The translations under genes were made by a program, and so were the position numbers. The notes below the pieces were generated by a model, which was not told where the DNA came from, searched no databases, and saw only the letters and a list, made by a program, of their open reading frames with translations. Shown in pieces: positions 13,249 through 27,130 of a stretch of 64,000 bases of DNA. This DNA is from Psilocybe cubensis (Eukaryota). The stretch lies in contig CM039001.1 of NCBI GenBank assembly GCA_017499595.2, positions 2,852,001 through 2,916,000 on the forward strand, given 5' to 3'. Every line of letters begins with the position of its first letter. The stretch's first letter is position 1.

Positions 13249-16200
13249 TTAAAGTTTGAGACCCATTTTATCTCTACAAAAGTCCACTTTAGGAGGTGAG
13301 AGGGGTTTGGTAAGAATATCAGCAGCTTGCTGATCAGTAGGAATATAAGAAGGAGAAATCTTTCCAACACCAACAGCATCCCTAAGCCAATAATAGCGCA
13401 AATCAAGGTGCTTCATCCGTCCATGGTGCTCTGGATTCTTGGAAACACTGATAGATGACTGGTTGTCCATATGCAGCACAGAGGGCTCAGTGACTGTGTA
13501 GCCAAACTCCTCAAGGATATTGCGCATCCACACAATTTCCTTGGCTGCCTCCACCGCAGCAATGTACTCTGCCTCTGTAGTAGACAGTGTTACAACAGTT
13601 TGGAGTTTGCTTGCCCAGCCAATAGCACCTCCAGCTAGAACGGTCAAATAACCACTCGTAGAGCGTCCAGTATCTACACAATCACCATGTGCAGCATCAG
13701 TGTAGGTGACAAAGTTATCATGGCCCACAGCGCCAGAATAAGTCAACTTGTAATCCAGAGTGCCTCTGAGGTAGCGGAATAAATGTTTAACGGCAGCCCA
13801 ATGCTTAGGCCCAGGATTGGAGTTGAAGCGTGCCAGATAGGACACAGTAAAAGCAATGTCAGGACGGGTCATGGTGGCTAGATACTGCAAGGAGCCAACT
13901 GCATTGAGGTAGGGAACATTTCGCATAAATTCCACCTCATCTCCATTCTGAGGTCCATCTGCCTTGGACAGAACAGTGCCCACAGCCATAGGTGTTTTGA
14001 CCGGATTAGAATCAGTCATGCCATATGTATCAAGCATATCGAGGATATACTGACGCTGATGCAAGGAAATGGTTTTAGCAGCCATATCTCGCTCAATGGC
14101 AACACCAAGTAAATACTGTGTAGGACCCAGATTACGGAGTTCAAAACGCGCAGCTAGCTGCTTAACAGCTCTATCTATGGCGGCGTCCGATTTGGAGGCA
14201 AAAGTAATGCCATGAATATAAATAGGAACAATAATCTTCACATCTCCATCTGAATAGATGTAGACAGAGCGATCTGATTCTATACACTTGAACCCCATAT
14301 CTGACAATGCCTCATGCAACTTGAGGTTCCATTGACGTGCAGACTGCTTAAGACCATAGAGCGACTTTTTGAGCTTCAAAACCATGTTAGAACCACCTTG
14401 GTGAAATCCTTCAGGTTGTAACATGTAAATCTCCTTGTCTAGGTCATCTTTAGTGAAAGCAGCTGTAATATCAACAAAGCACAACTTCAAGTCTCCAATG
14501 GCGGCCAGAGCCACAATCAAGCGGAAAGTAGGAGCAAAGACCTCATGGTAATCAATGCCAGGGCGCTGACTATAGCTCTTGGCAACGATACAAGCCTTGT
14601 AGCGCTCTATACTGCCATCTGCATTTCGCTTGATTTTAAAGACCCAACCACAGCCAATTGCCTTTTGACCCGGAGGGAGCTCAACTTGCTCCCAAGTTTG
14701 ATTGTGCTGCAACAGATTGAATTCTGTGTTAGCAGCCTCTTCCCACATGTGCGCATCAGGCGCTTTCATTGCCTGTTTGAATGTGCGCGGATCTGCGCTT
14801 GAAACAAGCCCAGCAAACTCCACCTCTTCAAATCCAGGATCATTGGCTTCAGGTGGTTCAGGATCATGTGAGACCTTCCACCATTCACCAGGCTGCTTAG
14901 GAACGCGAGTAGTGCGTCTCAACGTTGCAGGATCAACTGGAGCACGCTGGCGGCGTGCAGGCTTAGGAGGAGGTGCAGGAACGGCCTCAGGCTGTGGCGG
15001 TTCAGCTGGCTGTTCAGGAGGCGCAATAGGCACTTCTGGCTCAATGACAGGACTTGGAGTAGAGTCATCCTCATCATCATTAAAATTGAAGCCATTAGAG
15101 TCCCCCCCTGAATTAGGAGGTGGTGCACTTGCAGAAGAAGTGGGAAGAAGGTCAAACTTTGGCATAGGGCCAGTGGACACCCCAGGGAAGCACCTTTCGT
15201 CGAAATCAGCTCTCTCAGAGATAATGAACCTTTTGGTGACTGGGTTGTAAAACTCCCAGCCCTTGTACCCAGTAGGATACCCAACAAAGATACACTTCTC
15301 CATATGAGGCTGCAACGATTTGCGCTTATCTCCCTGAACATAAACATATGCAAGGCAACCCCAAACCCTCAAATGACTAACATCAGGTTTGCGCTTGTTC
15401 CAGCTTTCATACGGAGTCTTGTCCGGTAGAGGAGCTGTAGGAACACGATTCCATACATGCATGTATGCTGCAACACAGCAACCCCAAAACGAAGGTGGTA
15501 CACGAGCCTCATTGAGCATGGAAGTAACATGTTCTGCCATGGTGCGATTTGCACGCTCTGCAACTCCGTTCTGTTGTGGGCGATTTCGCGTTGTATGACG
15601 ACGCTCAATGCCACACTGGTCAGTGAATTTGATGAAAGCATTTGACATGTATTCACCAGCTTTGTCATCCTGCAGCGCTTTGATCTTAAAGCCTAATTTG
15701 TTCTCAGCCCATGCTTTGTACGTTTGAAACGCACTGAATGCATCGCTTTTGCGCTTAAGAAGCACAGCAGCTCTACTCTTTGTATGGTCATCAATAAAGG
15801 TTATCCAGTAGCGATAGCCTTCAGGAGTAGGGGGCGAGATAGGACCTTTCAGATTTGAGAAGATAAGCGCAAGCGGAACATCTGACATGCTTGGTGAAGA
15901 AGGAAATGGGTTGGAATGCATCTTGCCTGCAAGGCAAAGTTCACAAATGGGGTCAGGCTGTTGCTATGAATTCAGCTTGAGTCCAGTAACCATACTCTCT
16001 CTAATTATCTTTTGGAGGTCAGTGTAGCTATGATGAGCAAACCGACGATGCCAGAGACTGATATCAAGGGGTAGAGTGGAATTGGAGGAAATGAAGGCAG
16101 ACTCCGAAATAGGAACTGTATAACCGTTCAATAAAGCGCAGTTTGATGTACTAACATCTGCAGAGAAGAGACAAGCTCCTTTGCGATGAAACTCCATCAG

Positions 16201-17381
16201 ATTAGCATCAATGGTGATTTTGAAGCCTTTGTGCTTTGTGAGGTATAGAACAGACAGTAGATTGTTTCGGAGATCTGGTACATGTAAAACTCTAGTTAAC
16301 TCGACGCCTCTTGACTTTATTCCATTTACAACTGGTTCAAAGAACACAGTGCCCACCCCTGCAGAATAAATAACTCGTTCATCTGCTAATCGGATTGGAA
16401 TGCGAAGGGGGGTGTAATTTCTAACCCAATTGCGATGGGGTGTCATATGAGAAGTCGCCCCTGTGTCTGCAATCCAATCGTCATTAGTTTGGGGTGAAAT
16501 GGAAGAGGGAACATTGGTATTAAGAGCACTTGCATTTCCAGCAAATTCCATGTCCTTGGACTCTTTTTCCTCACTGGATGCCTCTGAGGCCTTGTGCGCT
16601 CTATTGCCTTTGCGAACCGCTTTGACACGCTCCTTCGCATCCTTTTGCGCAGCAATGAACTTGTGACACTTGTCCATTGCATGATTGGTCATATCACAAA
16701 ATGCGCACTTGGGCTTGGATGCAGAAGGGGCTGGAGCGGTCTGGAATGCGGTGGCGAGTGCAGGCAACTCCGAAGCGCGGTGACGTCGCTGTATGTCCTC
16801 TGTGACAAAGGCTTGATGAATTGTAGCCTTGTCCAACTTGTCCAAAAGGAGAAGTGAGGATGCAAATGAACTGTACTTTCTGGGAGTGCCCTGACCAGAG
16901 CAAGCAAAGCAAGCTCTTCATCAAGCTTAGCCAGATCAAACCCCTTAGGGCGAAGCTGCTGAATTAGCAACATGGCTTGCTCAACTCTATTGATCAGGGT
17001 TTGAAGGTTTTCACCTTCCTCCTTTCGGATAGAGAACAGATCATCATATGCATTAAAGCGGTTGCCAGGGCGCTTTTGCTGATGTACAGCGGCCAGGGCA
17101 TCCCACATCTTGATAGGATCATCCTTGATGGCTTCCACATGAACCCTCTGATCATTCTCCAAACTGAGATAGATCAAACCACATGCTTTGTCTCTCTGCT
17201 CCAAGTAGGTTTCAAGCAAAGCTTCCTCCTGAGCAGTAGGCTTGTCTGAGAGCGTTGGCTGTGCTCTAGCACCGCTGACAATGCGCCATATCCCTTTAGA
17301 CTGGAGATAGGCGGTCATCTGGCCTGCCCAGGTGTTGTAGTTGGTTGAGTTCAATGGAGTGATTTGGGGATCAGAAGTCAT
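13249..17381 (-). pseudogene. pol: Copia gag-pol polyprotein, unit 1 (all domains present, disrupted)
   Basis: Gag-PR-IN-RT-RNase H, ending ADILTKPL. Gag frameshift near 16878, TAG at 15964-15966, RT motif YIHG, 15-bp deletion near 14530. Confidence 0.95.
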
Positions 17382-17772
17382 TATTGCGAATTGCGAAGGA
17401 ACGCGTAAGCGGATGGATACGAGTATTGGTAGTAATGTGTGGGGATGTGTAATGATGTGTGGAAACGAACTAGGCGTTACCCGGAGCTCGGGGTGTGATG
17501 CGAACGCAAGTGGAAAAGACGAAGTTAAACTAGCCTAATTTAAAAGGGTTACTTTTAACTAGAAATAACTCGGGGATTAGGCGACGGGGGCCCGCTCAAC
17601 CGAGGTTAACAAGTCGCGTAAGGCGTGCTCGTTCAACCCTACTAGCAGCGGCAATGTATGGCCGGGCCTGGTAGAGGATAAAAACCAAAAAAGACTAAAA
17701 TGACCGTTTTGTGAAAACTATGCAGAAAGCAACTTGGTTCGCAAAACACGGAATTGGAGCGCTTAGAGCGCG

Positions 17773-17784
17773 GGGCCCATAACC
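17773..17784 (-). promoter_or_regulatory. PBS (half-tRNA-iMet); repeated at 22257..22268, 26741..26752 and 31225..31236
   Basis: GGTTATGGGCCC on the minus strand adjoining each upstream LTR. Confidence 0.9.
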
Positions 17785-18162
17785 TGTTGAAGCAGGCGAG
17801 CTCGGGGCAGTGTGAGCTACTCGGCGACCTAGTTATAGAACGTAGGGCGCAGGGATAAGCGAGCACGAAGCGTCTGAAGTCCGAAGTGAGTAACTGGGTG
17901 AATTGAGCAAAGTGCTAACAAACTAACCTGAAGTCCGAAGTGAGTAACTGGGGACTTCAGGATGTAAACTAGAGTGACTATATACTGTGTAGACTCAAGT
18001 ACTCTGGTCTACCTAGGTCTACTCTGGTCCGGTCCAGACCAGTCTATGGACTGATAAATATCATGTATCTAGAATGGTCTGGAGAGCAAATGAAGATAAG
18101 AAGAAAGTAATCTAATCTGATAAGATAGCAAAGTGAGGGAGACATAGAGAGCAGTTTTAACA
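17785..18162 (-). repeat. Copia A shared internal LTR
   Basis: 378 bp. Its 5' TG is fused directly to pol sequence with no PPT. Confidence 0.97.
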
Positions 18163-21100
18163 GCATCAGTGTAGGTGACAAAGTTATCATGGCCCACAGC
18201 GCCAGAATAAGTCAACTTGTAATCCAGAGTGCCTCTGAGGTAGCGGAATAAATGTTTAACCGCAGCCCAATGCTTAGGTCCAGGATTGGAGTTGAAGCGT
18301 GCCAGATAGGACACAGTAAAAGCAATGTCAGGACGGGTCATGGTGGCTAGATACTGCAAGGAGCCAACTGCATTGAGGTAGGGAACATTTCGCATAAATT
18401 CCACCTCATCTCCATTCTGAGGTCCATCTGCCTTGGACAGAACAGTGCCCACAGCCATAGGTGTTTTGACCGGATTAGAATCAGTCATGCCATATGTATC
18501 AAGCATATCGAGGATATACTGACGCTGATGCAAGGAAATGGTTTTAGCAGCCATATCTCGCTCAATGGCAACACCAAGTAAATACTGTGTAGGACCCAGA
18601 TTACGGAGTTCAAAACGCGCAGCTAGCTGCTTAACAGCTCTATCTATGGCGGCGTCCGATTTGGAGGCAAAGGTAATGCCATGAATATAAATAGGAACAA
18701 TAATCTTCACATCTCCATCTGAATAGATGTAGACAGAGCGATCTGATTCTATACACTTGAACCCCATATCTAACAATGCCTCATGCAATTTGAGGTTCCA
18801 TTGATGTGCAGACTGCTTAAGACCATAGAGCGACTTTTTGAGCTTCAAAACCATGTTAGGACCACCTTGGTGAAATCCTTCGGGTTGTAGCATGTAAATC
18901 TCCTCGTCTAGGTCACCTTTAGTGAAAGCAGCTGTAATATCAACAGAGCGCAACTTCAAGTCTCCAATAGCGGCCAGAGCCACAATCAAGCGGAAAGTAG
19001 CAGGGCGGAAAGTAGGAGCAAAGACCTCATGGTAATCAATGCCAGGGCGCTGACTGTAGCCCTTGGCAACAATACGAGCCTTGTAGCACTCTATACTGCC
19101 ATCTGCATTTCGCTTGATTTTAAAGACCCAACCACAGCCAATTGCCTTTTGACCCGGAGGGAGCTCAACTCGCTCCCAAGTTTGATTGTGCTGCAACAGA
19201 TTGAATTCTGTGTTAGCAGCCTCTTCCCACATGTGCGCATCAGGCGCTTTCATTGCCTGTTTGAATGTGCGCGGATCTGCGCTTGAAACAAGCCCAGCAA
19301 ACTCCACCTCTTCAAATCCAGGATCATTGGCTTCAGGTGGTTCAGGATCATGTGAGACCTTCCACCATTCACCAGGCTGCTTAGGAACGCGAGTAGTGCG
19401 TCTCAACGTTGCAGGATCAACTGGAGCACGCTGGCGGCGTGCAGGCTTAGAAGGAGGTGCAGGAACGGCCTCAGGCTGTGGCGGTTCAGCTGGCTGTTCA
19501 GGAGGCGCAATAGGCACTTCTGGCTCAATGACAGGACTTGGAGTAGAGTCATCCTCATCATCATTAAAATTGAAGCCATTAGAGTCCCCCCCTGAATTAG
19601 GAGGTGGTGCACTTGCAGAAGAAGTGGGAAGAAGGTCAAACTTTGGCATAGGGCCAGTGGACACCCCAGGGAAGCACCTTTCGTCGAAATCAGCTCTCTC
19701 AGAGATAATGAACCTTTTGGTGACTGGGTTGTAAAACTCCCAGCCCTTGTACCCAGTAGGATACCCAACAAAGATACACTTCTCCATATGAGGCTGCAAC
19801 GATTTGCGCTTATCTCCCTGAACATAAACATATGCAAGGCAACCCCAAACCCTCAAATGACTAACATCAGGTTTGCGCTTGTTCCAGCTTTCATACGGAG
19901 TCTTGTCCGGTAGAGGAGCTGTAGGAACACGATTCCATACATGCATGTATGCTGCAACACAGCAACCCCAAAACGAAGGTGGTACACGAGCCTCATTGAG
20001 CATGGAAGTAACATGTTCTGCCATGGTGCGATTTGCACGCTCTGCAACTCCGTTCTGTTGTGGGCGATTTCGCGTTGTATGACGACGCTCAATGCCACAC
20101 TGGTCAGTGAATTTGATGAAAGCATTTGACATGTATTCACCAGCTTTGTCATCCTGCAGCGCTTTGATCTTAAAGCCTAATTTGTTCTCAGCCCATGCTT
20201 TGTACGTTTGAAACGCACTGAATGCATCGCTTTTGCGCTTAAGAAGCACAGCAGCTCTACTCTTTGTATGGTCATCAATAAAGGTTATCCAGTAGCGATA
20301 GCCTTCAGGAGTAGGGGGCGAGATAGGACCTTTCAGATTTGAGAAGATAAGCGCAAGCGGAACATCTGACATGCTTGGTGAAGAAGGAAATGGGTTGGAA
20401 TGCATCTTGCCTGCAAGGCAAAGTTCACAAATGGGGTCAGGCTGTTGCTATGAATTCAGCTTGAGTCCAGTAACCATACTCTCTCTAATTATCTTTTGGA
20501 GGTCAGTGTAGCTATGATGAGCAAACCGACGATGCCAGAGACTGATATCAAGGGGTAGAGTGGAATTGGAGGAAATGAAGGCAGACTCCGAAATAGGAAC
20601 TGTATAACCGTTCAATAAAGCGCAGTTTGATGTACTAACATCTGCAGAGAAGAGACAAGCTCCTTTGCGATGAAACTCCATCAGATTAGCATCAATGGTG
20701 ATTTTGAAGCCTTTGTGCTTTGTGAGGTATAGAACAGACAGTAGATTGTTTCGGAGATCTGGTACATGTAAAACTCTAGTTAACTCGACGCCTCTTGACT
20801 TTATTCCATTTACAACTGGTTCAAAGAACACAGTGCCCACCCCTGCAGAATAAATAACTCGTTCATCTGCTAATCGGATTGGAATGCGAAGGGGGGTGTA
20901 ATTTCTAACCCAATTGCGATGGGGTGTCATATGAGAAGTCGCCCCTGTGTCTGCAATCCAATCGTCATTAGTTTGGGGTGAAATGGAAGAGGGAACATTG
21001 GTATTAAGAGCACTTGCATTTCCAGCAAATTCCATGTCCTTGGACTCTTTTTCCTCACTGGATGCCTCTGAGGCCTTGTGCGCTCTATTGCCTTTGCGAA

Positions 21101-21865
21101 CCGCTTTGACACGCTCCTTCGCATCCTTTTGCGCAGCAATGAACTTGTGACACTTGTCCATTGCATGATTGGTCATATCACAAAATGCGCACTTGGGCTT
21201 GGATGCAGAAGGGGCTGGAGCGGTCTGGAATGCGGTGGCGAGTGCAGGCAACTCCGAAGCGCGGTGACGTCGCTGTATGTCCTCTGTGACAAAGGCTTGA
21301 TGAATTGTAGCCTTGTCCAACTTGTCCAAAAGGAGAAGTGAGGATGCAAATGAACTGTACTTTCTGGGAGTGCCCTGACCAGAGCAAGCAAAGCAAGCTC
21401 TTCATCAAGCTTAGCCAGATCAAACCCCTTAGGGCGAAGCTGCTGAATTAGCAACATGGCTTGCTCAACTCTATTGATCAGGGTTTGAAGGTTTTCACCT
21501 TCCTCCTTTCGGATAGAGAACAGATCATCATATGCATTAAAGCGGTTGCCAGGGCGCTTTTGCTGATGTACAGCGGCCAGGGCATCCCACATCTTGATAG
21601 GATCATCCTTGATGGCTTCCACATGAACCCTCTGATCATTCTCCAAACTGAGATAGATCAAACCACATGCTTTGTCTCTCTGCTCCAAGTAGGTTTCAAG
21701 CAAAGCTTCCTCCTGAGCAGTAGGCTTGTCTGAGAGCGTTGGCTGTGCTCTAGCACCGCTGACAATGCGCCATATCCCTTTAGACTGGAGATAGGCGGTC
21801 ATCTGGCCTGCCCAGGTGTTGTAGTTGGTTGAGTTCAATGGAGTGATTTGGGGATCAGAAGTCAT
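18163..21865 (-). pseudogene. pol: Copia gag-pol, unit 2 (RNase H deleted)
   Basis: Same frameshift, stop and YIHG as unit 1. The frame runs from YTDA into LTR sequence. Confidence 0.95.
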
Positions 21866-22268
21866 TATTGCGAATTGCGAAGGAACGCGTAAGCGGATGG
21901 ATACGAGTATTGGTAGTAATGTGTGGGGATGTGTAATGATGTGTGGAAACGAACTAGGCGTTACCCGGAGCTCGGGGTGTTATGCGAACGCAAGTGGAAA
22001 AGACGAAGTTAAACTAGCCTAATTTAAAAGGGTTACTTTTAACTAGAAATAACTCGGGGATTAGGCGACGGGGGCCCGCTCAACCGAGGTTAACAAGTCG
22101 CGTAAGGCGTGCTCGTTCAACCCTACTAGCAGCGGCAATGTATGGCCGGGCCTGGTAGAGGATAAAAACCAAAAAAGACTAAAATGACCGTTTTGTGAAA
22201 ACTATGCAGAAAGCAACTTGGTTCGCAAAACACGGAATTGGAGCGCTTAGAGCGCGGGGCCCATAACC

Positions 22269-22646
22269 TGTTGAAGCAGGCGAGCTCGGGGCAGTGTGAG
22301 CTACTCGGCGACCTAGTTATAGAACGTAGGGCGCAGGGATAAGCGAGCACGAAGCGTCTGAAGTCCGAAGTGAGTAACTGGGTGAATTGAGCAAAGTGCT
22401 AACAAACTAACCTGAAGTCCGAAGTGAGTAACTGGGGACTTCAGGATGTAAACTAGAGTGACTATATACTGTGTAGACTCAAGTACTCTGGTCTACCTAG
22501 GTCTACTCTGGTCCGGTCCAGACCAGTCTATGGACTGATAAATATCATGTATCTAGAATGGTCTGGAGAGCAAATGAAGATAAGAAGAAAGTAATCTAAT
22601 CTGATAAGATAGCAAAGTGAGGGAGACATAGAGAGCAGTTTTAACA
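22269..22646 (-). repeat. Copia A shared internal LTR
   Basis: 378 bp, same junction as at 18162. Confidence 0.97.
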
Positions 22647-25600
22647 GCATCAGTGTAGGTGACAAAGTTATCATGGCCCACAGCGCCAGAATAAGTCAAC
22701 TTGTAATCCAGAGTGCCTCTGAGGTAGCGGAATAAATGTTTAACCGCAGCCCAATGCTTAGGTCCAGGATTGGAGTTGAAGCGTGCCAGATAGGACACAG
22801 TAAAAGCAATGTCAGGACGGGTCATGGTGGCTAGATACTGCAAGGAGCCAACTGCATTGAGGTAGGGAACATTTCGCATAAATTCCACCTCATCTCCATT
22901 CTGAGGTCCATCTGCCTTGGACAGAACAGTGCCCACAGCCATAGGTGTTTTGACCGGATTAGAATCAGTCATGCCATATGTATCAAGCATATCGAGGATA
23001 TACTGACGCTGATGCAAGGAAATGGTTTTAGCAGCCATATCTCGCTCAATGGCAACACCAAGTAAATACTGTGTAGGACCCAGATTACGGAGTTCAAAAC
23101 GCGCAGCTAGCTGCTTAACAGCTCTATCTATGGCGGCGTCCGATTTGGAGGCAAAGGTAATGCCATGAATATAAATAGGAACAATAATCTTCACATCTCC
23201 ATCTGAATAGATGTAGACAGAGCGATCTGATTCTATACACTTGAACCCCATATCTAACAATGCCTCATGCAATTTGAGGTTCCATTGATGTGCAGACTGC
23301 TTAAGACCATAGAGCGACTTTTTGAGCTTCAAAACCATGTTAGGACCACCTTGGTGAAATCCTTCGGGTTGTAGCATGTAAATCTCCTCGTCTAGGTCAC
23401 CTTTAGTGAAAGCAGCTGTAATATCAACAGAGCGCAACTTCAAGTCTCCAATAGCGGCCAGAGCCACAATCAAGCGGAAAGTAGCAGGGCGGAAAGTAGG
23501 AGCAAAGACCTCATGGTAATCAATGCCAGGGCGCTGACTGTAGCCCTTGGCAACAATACGAGCCTTGTAGCACTCTATACTGCCATCTGCATTTCGCTTG
23601 ATTTTAAAGACCCAACCACAGCCAATTGCCTTTTGACCCGGAGGGAGCTCAACTCGCTCCCAAGTTTGATTGTGCTGCAACAGATTGAATTCTGTGTTAG
23701 CAGCCTCTTCCCACATGTGCGCATCAGGCGCTTTCATTGCCTGTTTGAATGTGCGCGGATCTGCGCTTGAAACAAGCCCAGCAAACTCCACCTCTTCAAA
23801 TCCAGGATCATTGGCTTCAGGTGGTTCAGGATCATGTGAGACCTTCCACCATTCACCAGGCTGCTTAGGAACGCGAGTAGTGCGTCTCAACGTTGCAGGA
23901 TCAACTGGAGCACGCTGGCGGCGTGCAGGCTTAGAAGGAGGTGCAGGAACGGCCTCAGGCTGTGGCGGTTCAGCTGGCTGTTCAGGAGGCGCAATAGGCA
24001 CTTCTGGCTCAATGACAGGACTTGGAGTAGAGTCATCCTCATCATCATTAAAATTGAAGCCATTAGAGTCCCCCCCTGAATTAGGAGGTGGTGCACTTGC
24101 AGAAGAAGTGGGAAGAAGGTCAAACTTTGGCATAGGGCCAGTGGACACCCCAGGGAAGCACCTTTCGTCGAAATCAGCTCTCTCAGAGATAATGAACCTT
24201 TTGGTGACTGGGTTGTAAAACTCCCAGCCCTTGTACCCAGTAGGATACCCAACAAAGATACACTTCTCCATATGAGGCTGCAACGATTTGCGCTTATCTC
24301 CCTGAACATAAACATATGCAAGGCAACCCCAAACCCTCAAATGACTAACATCAGGTTTGCGCTTGTTCCAGCTTTCATACGGAGTCTTGTCCGGTAGAGG
24401 AGCTGTAGGAACACGATTCCATACATGCATGTATGCTGCAACACAGCAACCCCAAAACGAAGGTGGTACACGAGCCTCATTGAGCATGGAAGTAACATGT
24501 TCTGCCATGGTGCGATTTGCACGCTCTGCAACTCCGTTCTGTTGTGGGCGATTTCGCGTTGTATGACGACGCTCAATGCCACACTGGTCAGTGAATTTGA
24601 TGAAAGCATTTGACATGTATTCACCAGCTTTGTCATCCTGCAGCGCTTTGATCTTAAAGCCTAATTTGTTCTCAGCCCATGCTTTGTACGTTTGAAACGC
24701 ACTGAATGCATCGCTTTTGCGCTTAAGAAGCACAGCAGCTCTACTCTTTGTATGGTCATCAATAAAGGTTATCCAGTAGCGATAGCCTTCAGGAGTAGGG
24801 GGCGAGATAGGACCTTTCAGATTTGAGAAGATAAGCGCAAGCGGAACATCTGACATGCTTGGTGAAGAAGGAAATGGGTTGGAATGCATCTTGCCTGCAA
24901 GGCAAAGTTCACAAATGGGGTCAGGCTGTTGCTATGAATTCAGCTTGAGTCCAGTAACCATACTCTCTCTAATTATCTTTTGGAGGTCAGTGTAGCTATG
25001 ATGAGCAAACCGACGATGCCAGAGACTGATATCAAGGGGTAGAGTGGAATTGGAGGAAATGAAGGCAGACTCCGAAATAGGAACTGTATAACCGTTCAAT
25101 AAAGCGCAGTTTGATGTACTAACATCTGCAGAGAAGAGACAAGCTCCTTTGCGATGAAACTCCATCAGATTAGCATCAATGGTGATTTTGAAGCCTTTGT
25201 GCTTTGTGAGGTATAGAACAGACAGTAGATTGTTTCGGAGATCTGGTACATGTAAAACTCTAGTTAACTCGACGCCTCTTGACTTTATTCCATTTACAAC
25301 TGGTTCAAAGAACACAGTGCCCACCCCTGCAGAATAAATAACTCGTTCATCTGCTAATCGGATTGGAATGCGAAGGGGGGTGTAATTTCTAACCCAATTG
25401 CGATGGGGTGTCATATGAGAAGTCGCCCCTGTGTCTGCAATCCAATCGTCATTAGTTTGGGGTGAAATGGAAGAGGGAACATTGGTATTAAGAGCACTTG
25501 CATTTCCAGCAAATTCCATGTCCTTGGACTCTTTTTCCTCACTGGATGCCTCTGAGGCCTTGTGCGCTCTATTGCCTTTGCGAACCGCTTTGACACGCTC

Positions 25601-26349
25601 CTTCGCATCCTTTTGCGCAGCAATGAACTTGTGACACTTGTCCATTGCATGATTGGTCATATCACAAAATGCGCACTTGGGCTTGGATGCAGAAGGGGCT
25701 GGAGCGGTCTGGAATGCGGTGGCGAGTGCAGGCAACTCCGAAGCGCGGTGACGTCGCTGTATGTCCTCTGTGACAAAGGCTTGATGAATTGTAGCCTTGT
25801 CCAACTTGTCCAAAAGGAGAAGTGAGGATGCAAATGAACTGTACTTTCTGGGAGTGCCCTGACCAGAGCAAGCAAAGCAAGCTCTTCATCAAGCTTAGCC
25901 AGATCAAACCCCTTAGGGCGAAGCTGCTGAATTAGCAACATGGCTTGCTCAACTCTATTGATCAGGGTTTGAAGGTTTTCACCTTCCTCCTTTCGGATAG
26001 AGAACAGATCATCATATGCATTAAAGCGGTTGCCAGGGCGCTTTTGCTGATGTACAGCGGCCAGGGCATCCCACATCTTGATAGGATCATCCTTGATGGC
26101 TTCCACATGAACCCTCTGATCATTCTCCAAACTGAGATAGATCAAACCACATGCTTTGTCTCTCTGCTCCAAGTAGGTTTCAAGCAAAGCTTCCTCCTGA
26201 GCAGTAGGCTTGTCTGAGAGCGTTGGCTGTGCTCTAGCACCGCTGACAATGCGCCATATCCCTTTAGACTGGAGATAGGCGGTCATCTGGCCTGCCCAGG
26301 TGTTGTAGTTGGTTGAGTTCAATGGAGTGATTTGGGGATCAGAAGTCAT
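22647..26349 (-). pseudogene. pol: Copia gag-pol, unit 3 (RNase H deleted)
   Basis: ORF set identical to unit 2, offset by 4484. Confidence 0.95.
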
Positions 26350-26752
26350 TATTGCGAATTGCGAAGGAACGCGTAAGCGGATGGATACGAGTATTGGTAG
26401 TAATGTGTGGGGATGTGTAATGATGTGTGGAAACGAACTAGGCGTTACCCGGAGCTCGGGGTGTTATGCGAACGCAAGTGGAAAAGACGAAGTTAAACTA
26501 GCCTAATTTAAAAGGGTTACTTTTAACTAGAAATAACTCGGGGATTAGGCGACGGGGGCCCGCTCAACCGAGGTTAACAAGTCGCGTAAGGCGTGCTCGT
26601 TCAACCCTACTAGCAGCGGCAATGTATGGCCGGGCCTGGTAGAGGATAAAAACCAAAAAAGACTAAAATGACCGTTTTGTGAAAACTATGCAGAAAGCAA
26701 CTTGGTTCGCAAAACACGGAATTGGAGCGCTTAGAGCGCGGGGCCCATAACC

Positions 26753-27130
26753 TGTTGAAGCAGGCGAGCTCGGGGCAGTGTGAGCTACTCGGCGACCTAG
26801 TTATAGAACGTAGGGCGCAGGGATAAGCGAGCACGAAGCGTCTGAAGTCCGAAGTGAGTAACTGGGTGAATTGAGCAAAGTGCTAACAAACTAACCTGAA
26901 GTCCGAAGTGAGTAACTGGGGACTTCAGGATGTAAACTAGAGTGACTATATACTGTGTAGACTCAAGTACTCTGGTCTACCTAGGTCTACTCTGGTCCGG
27001 TCCAGACCAGTCTATGGACTGATAAATATCATGTATCTAGAATGGTCTGGAGAGCAAATGAAGATAAGAAGAAAGTAATCTAATCTGATAAGATAGCAAA
27101 GTGAGGGAGACATAGAGAGCAGTTTTAACA
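26753..27130 (-). repeat. Copia A shared internal LTR
   Basis: 378 bp, same junction as at 18162. Confidence 0.97.

Noticed and set aside
14545-15668. Antisense and alternate-frame ORFs (182, 144, 99, 85 aa) recurring in the Copia A copies
   Set aside because: Shadow frames of pol. They recur because the DNA is duplicated and show no independent motif.
18069-20405. 778-aa ORF as a novel IN-RT protein with a new hydrophobic C-terminus
   Set aside because: The tail is read-through into LTR sequence at the deletion junction. RT lacks YxDD and the upstream frame is broken.
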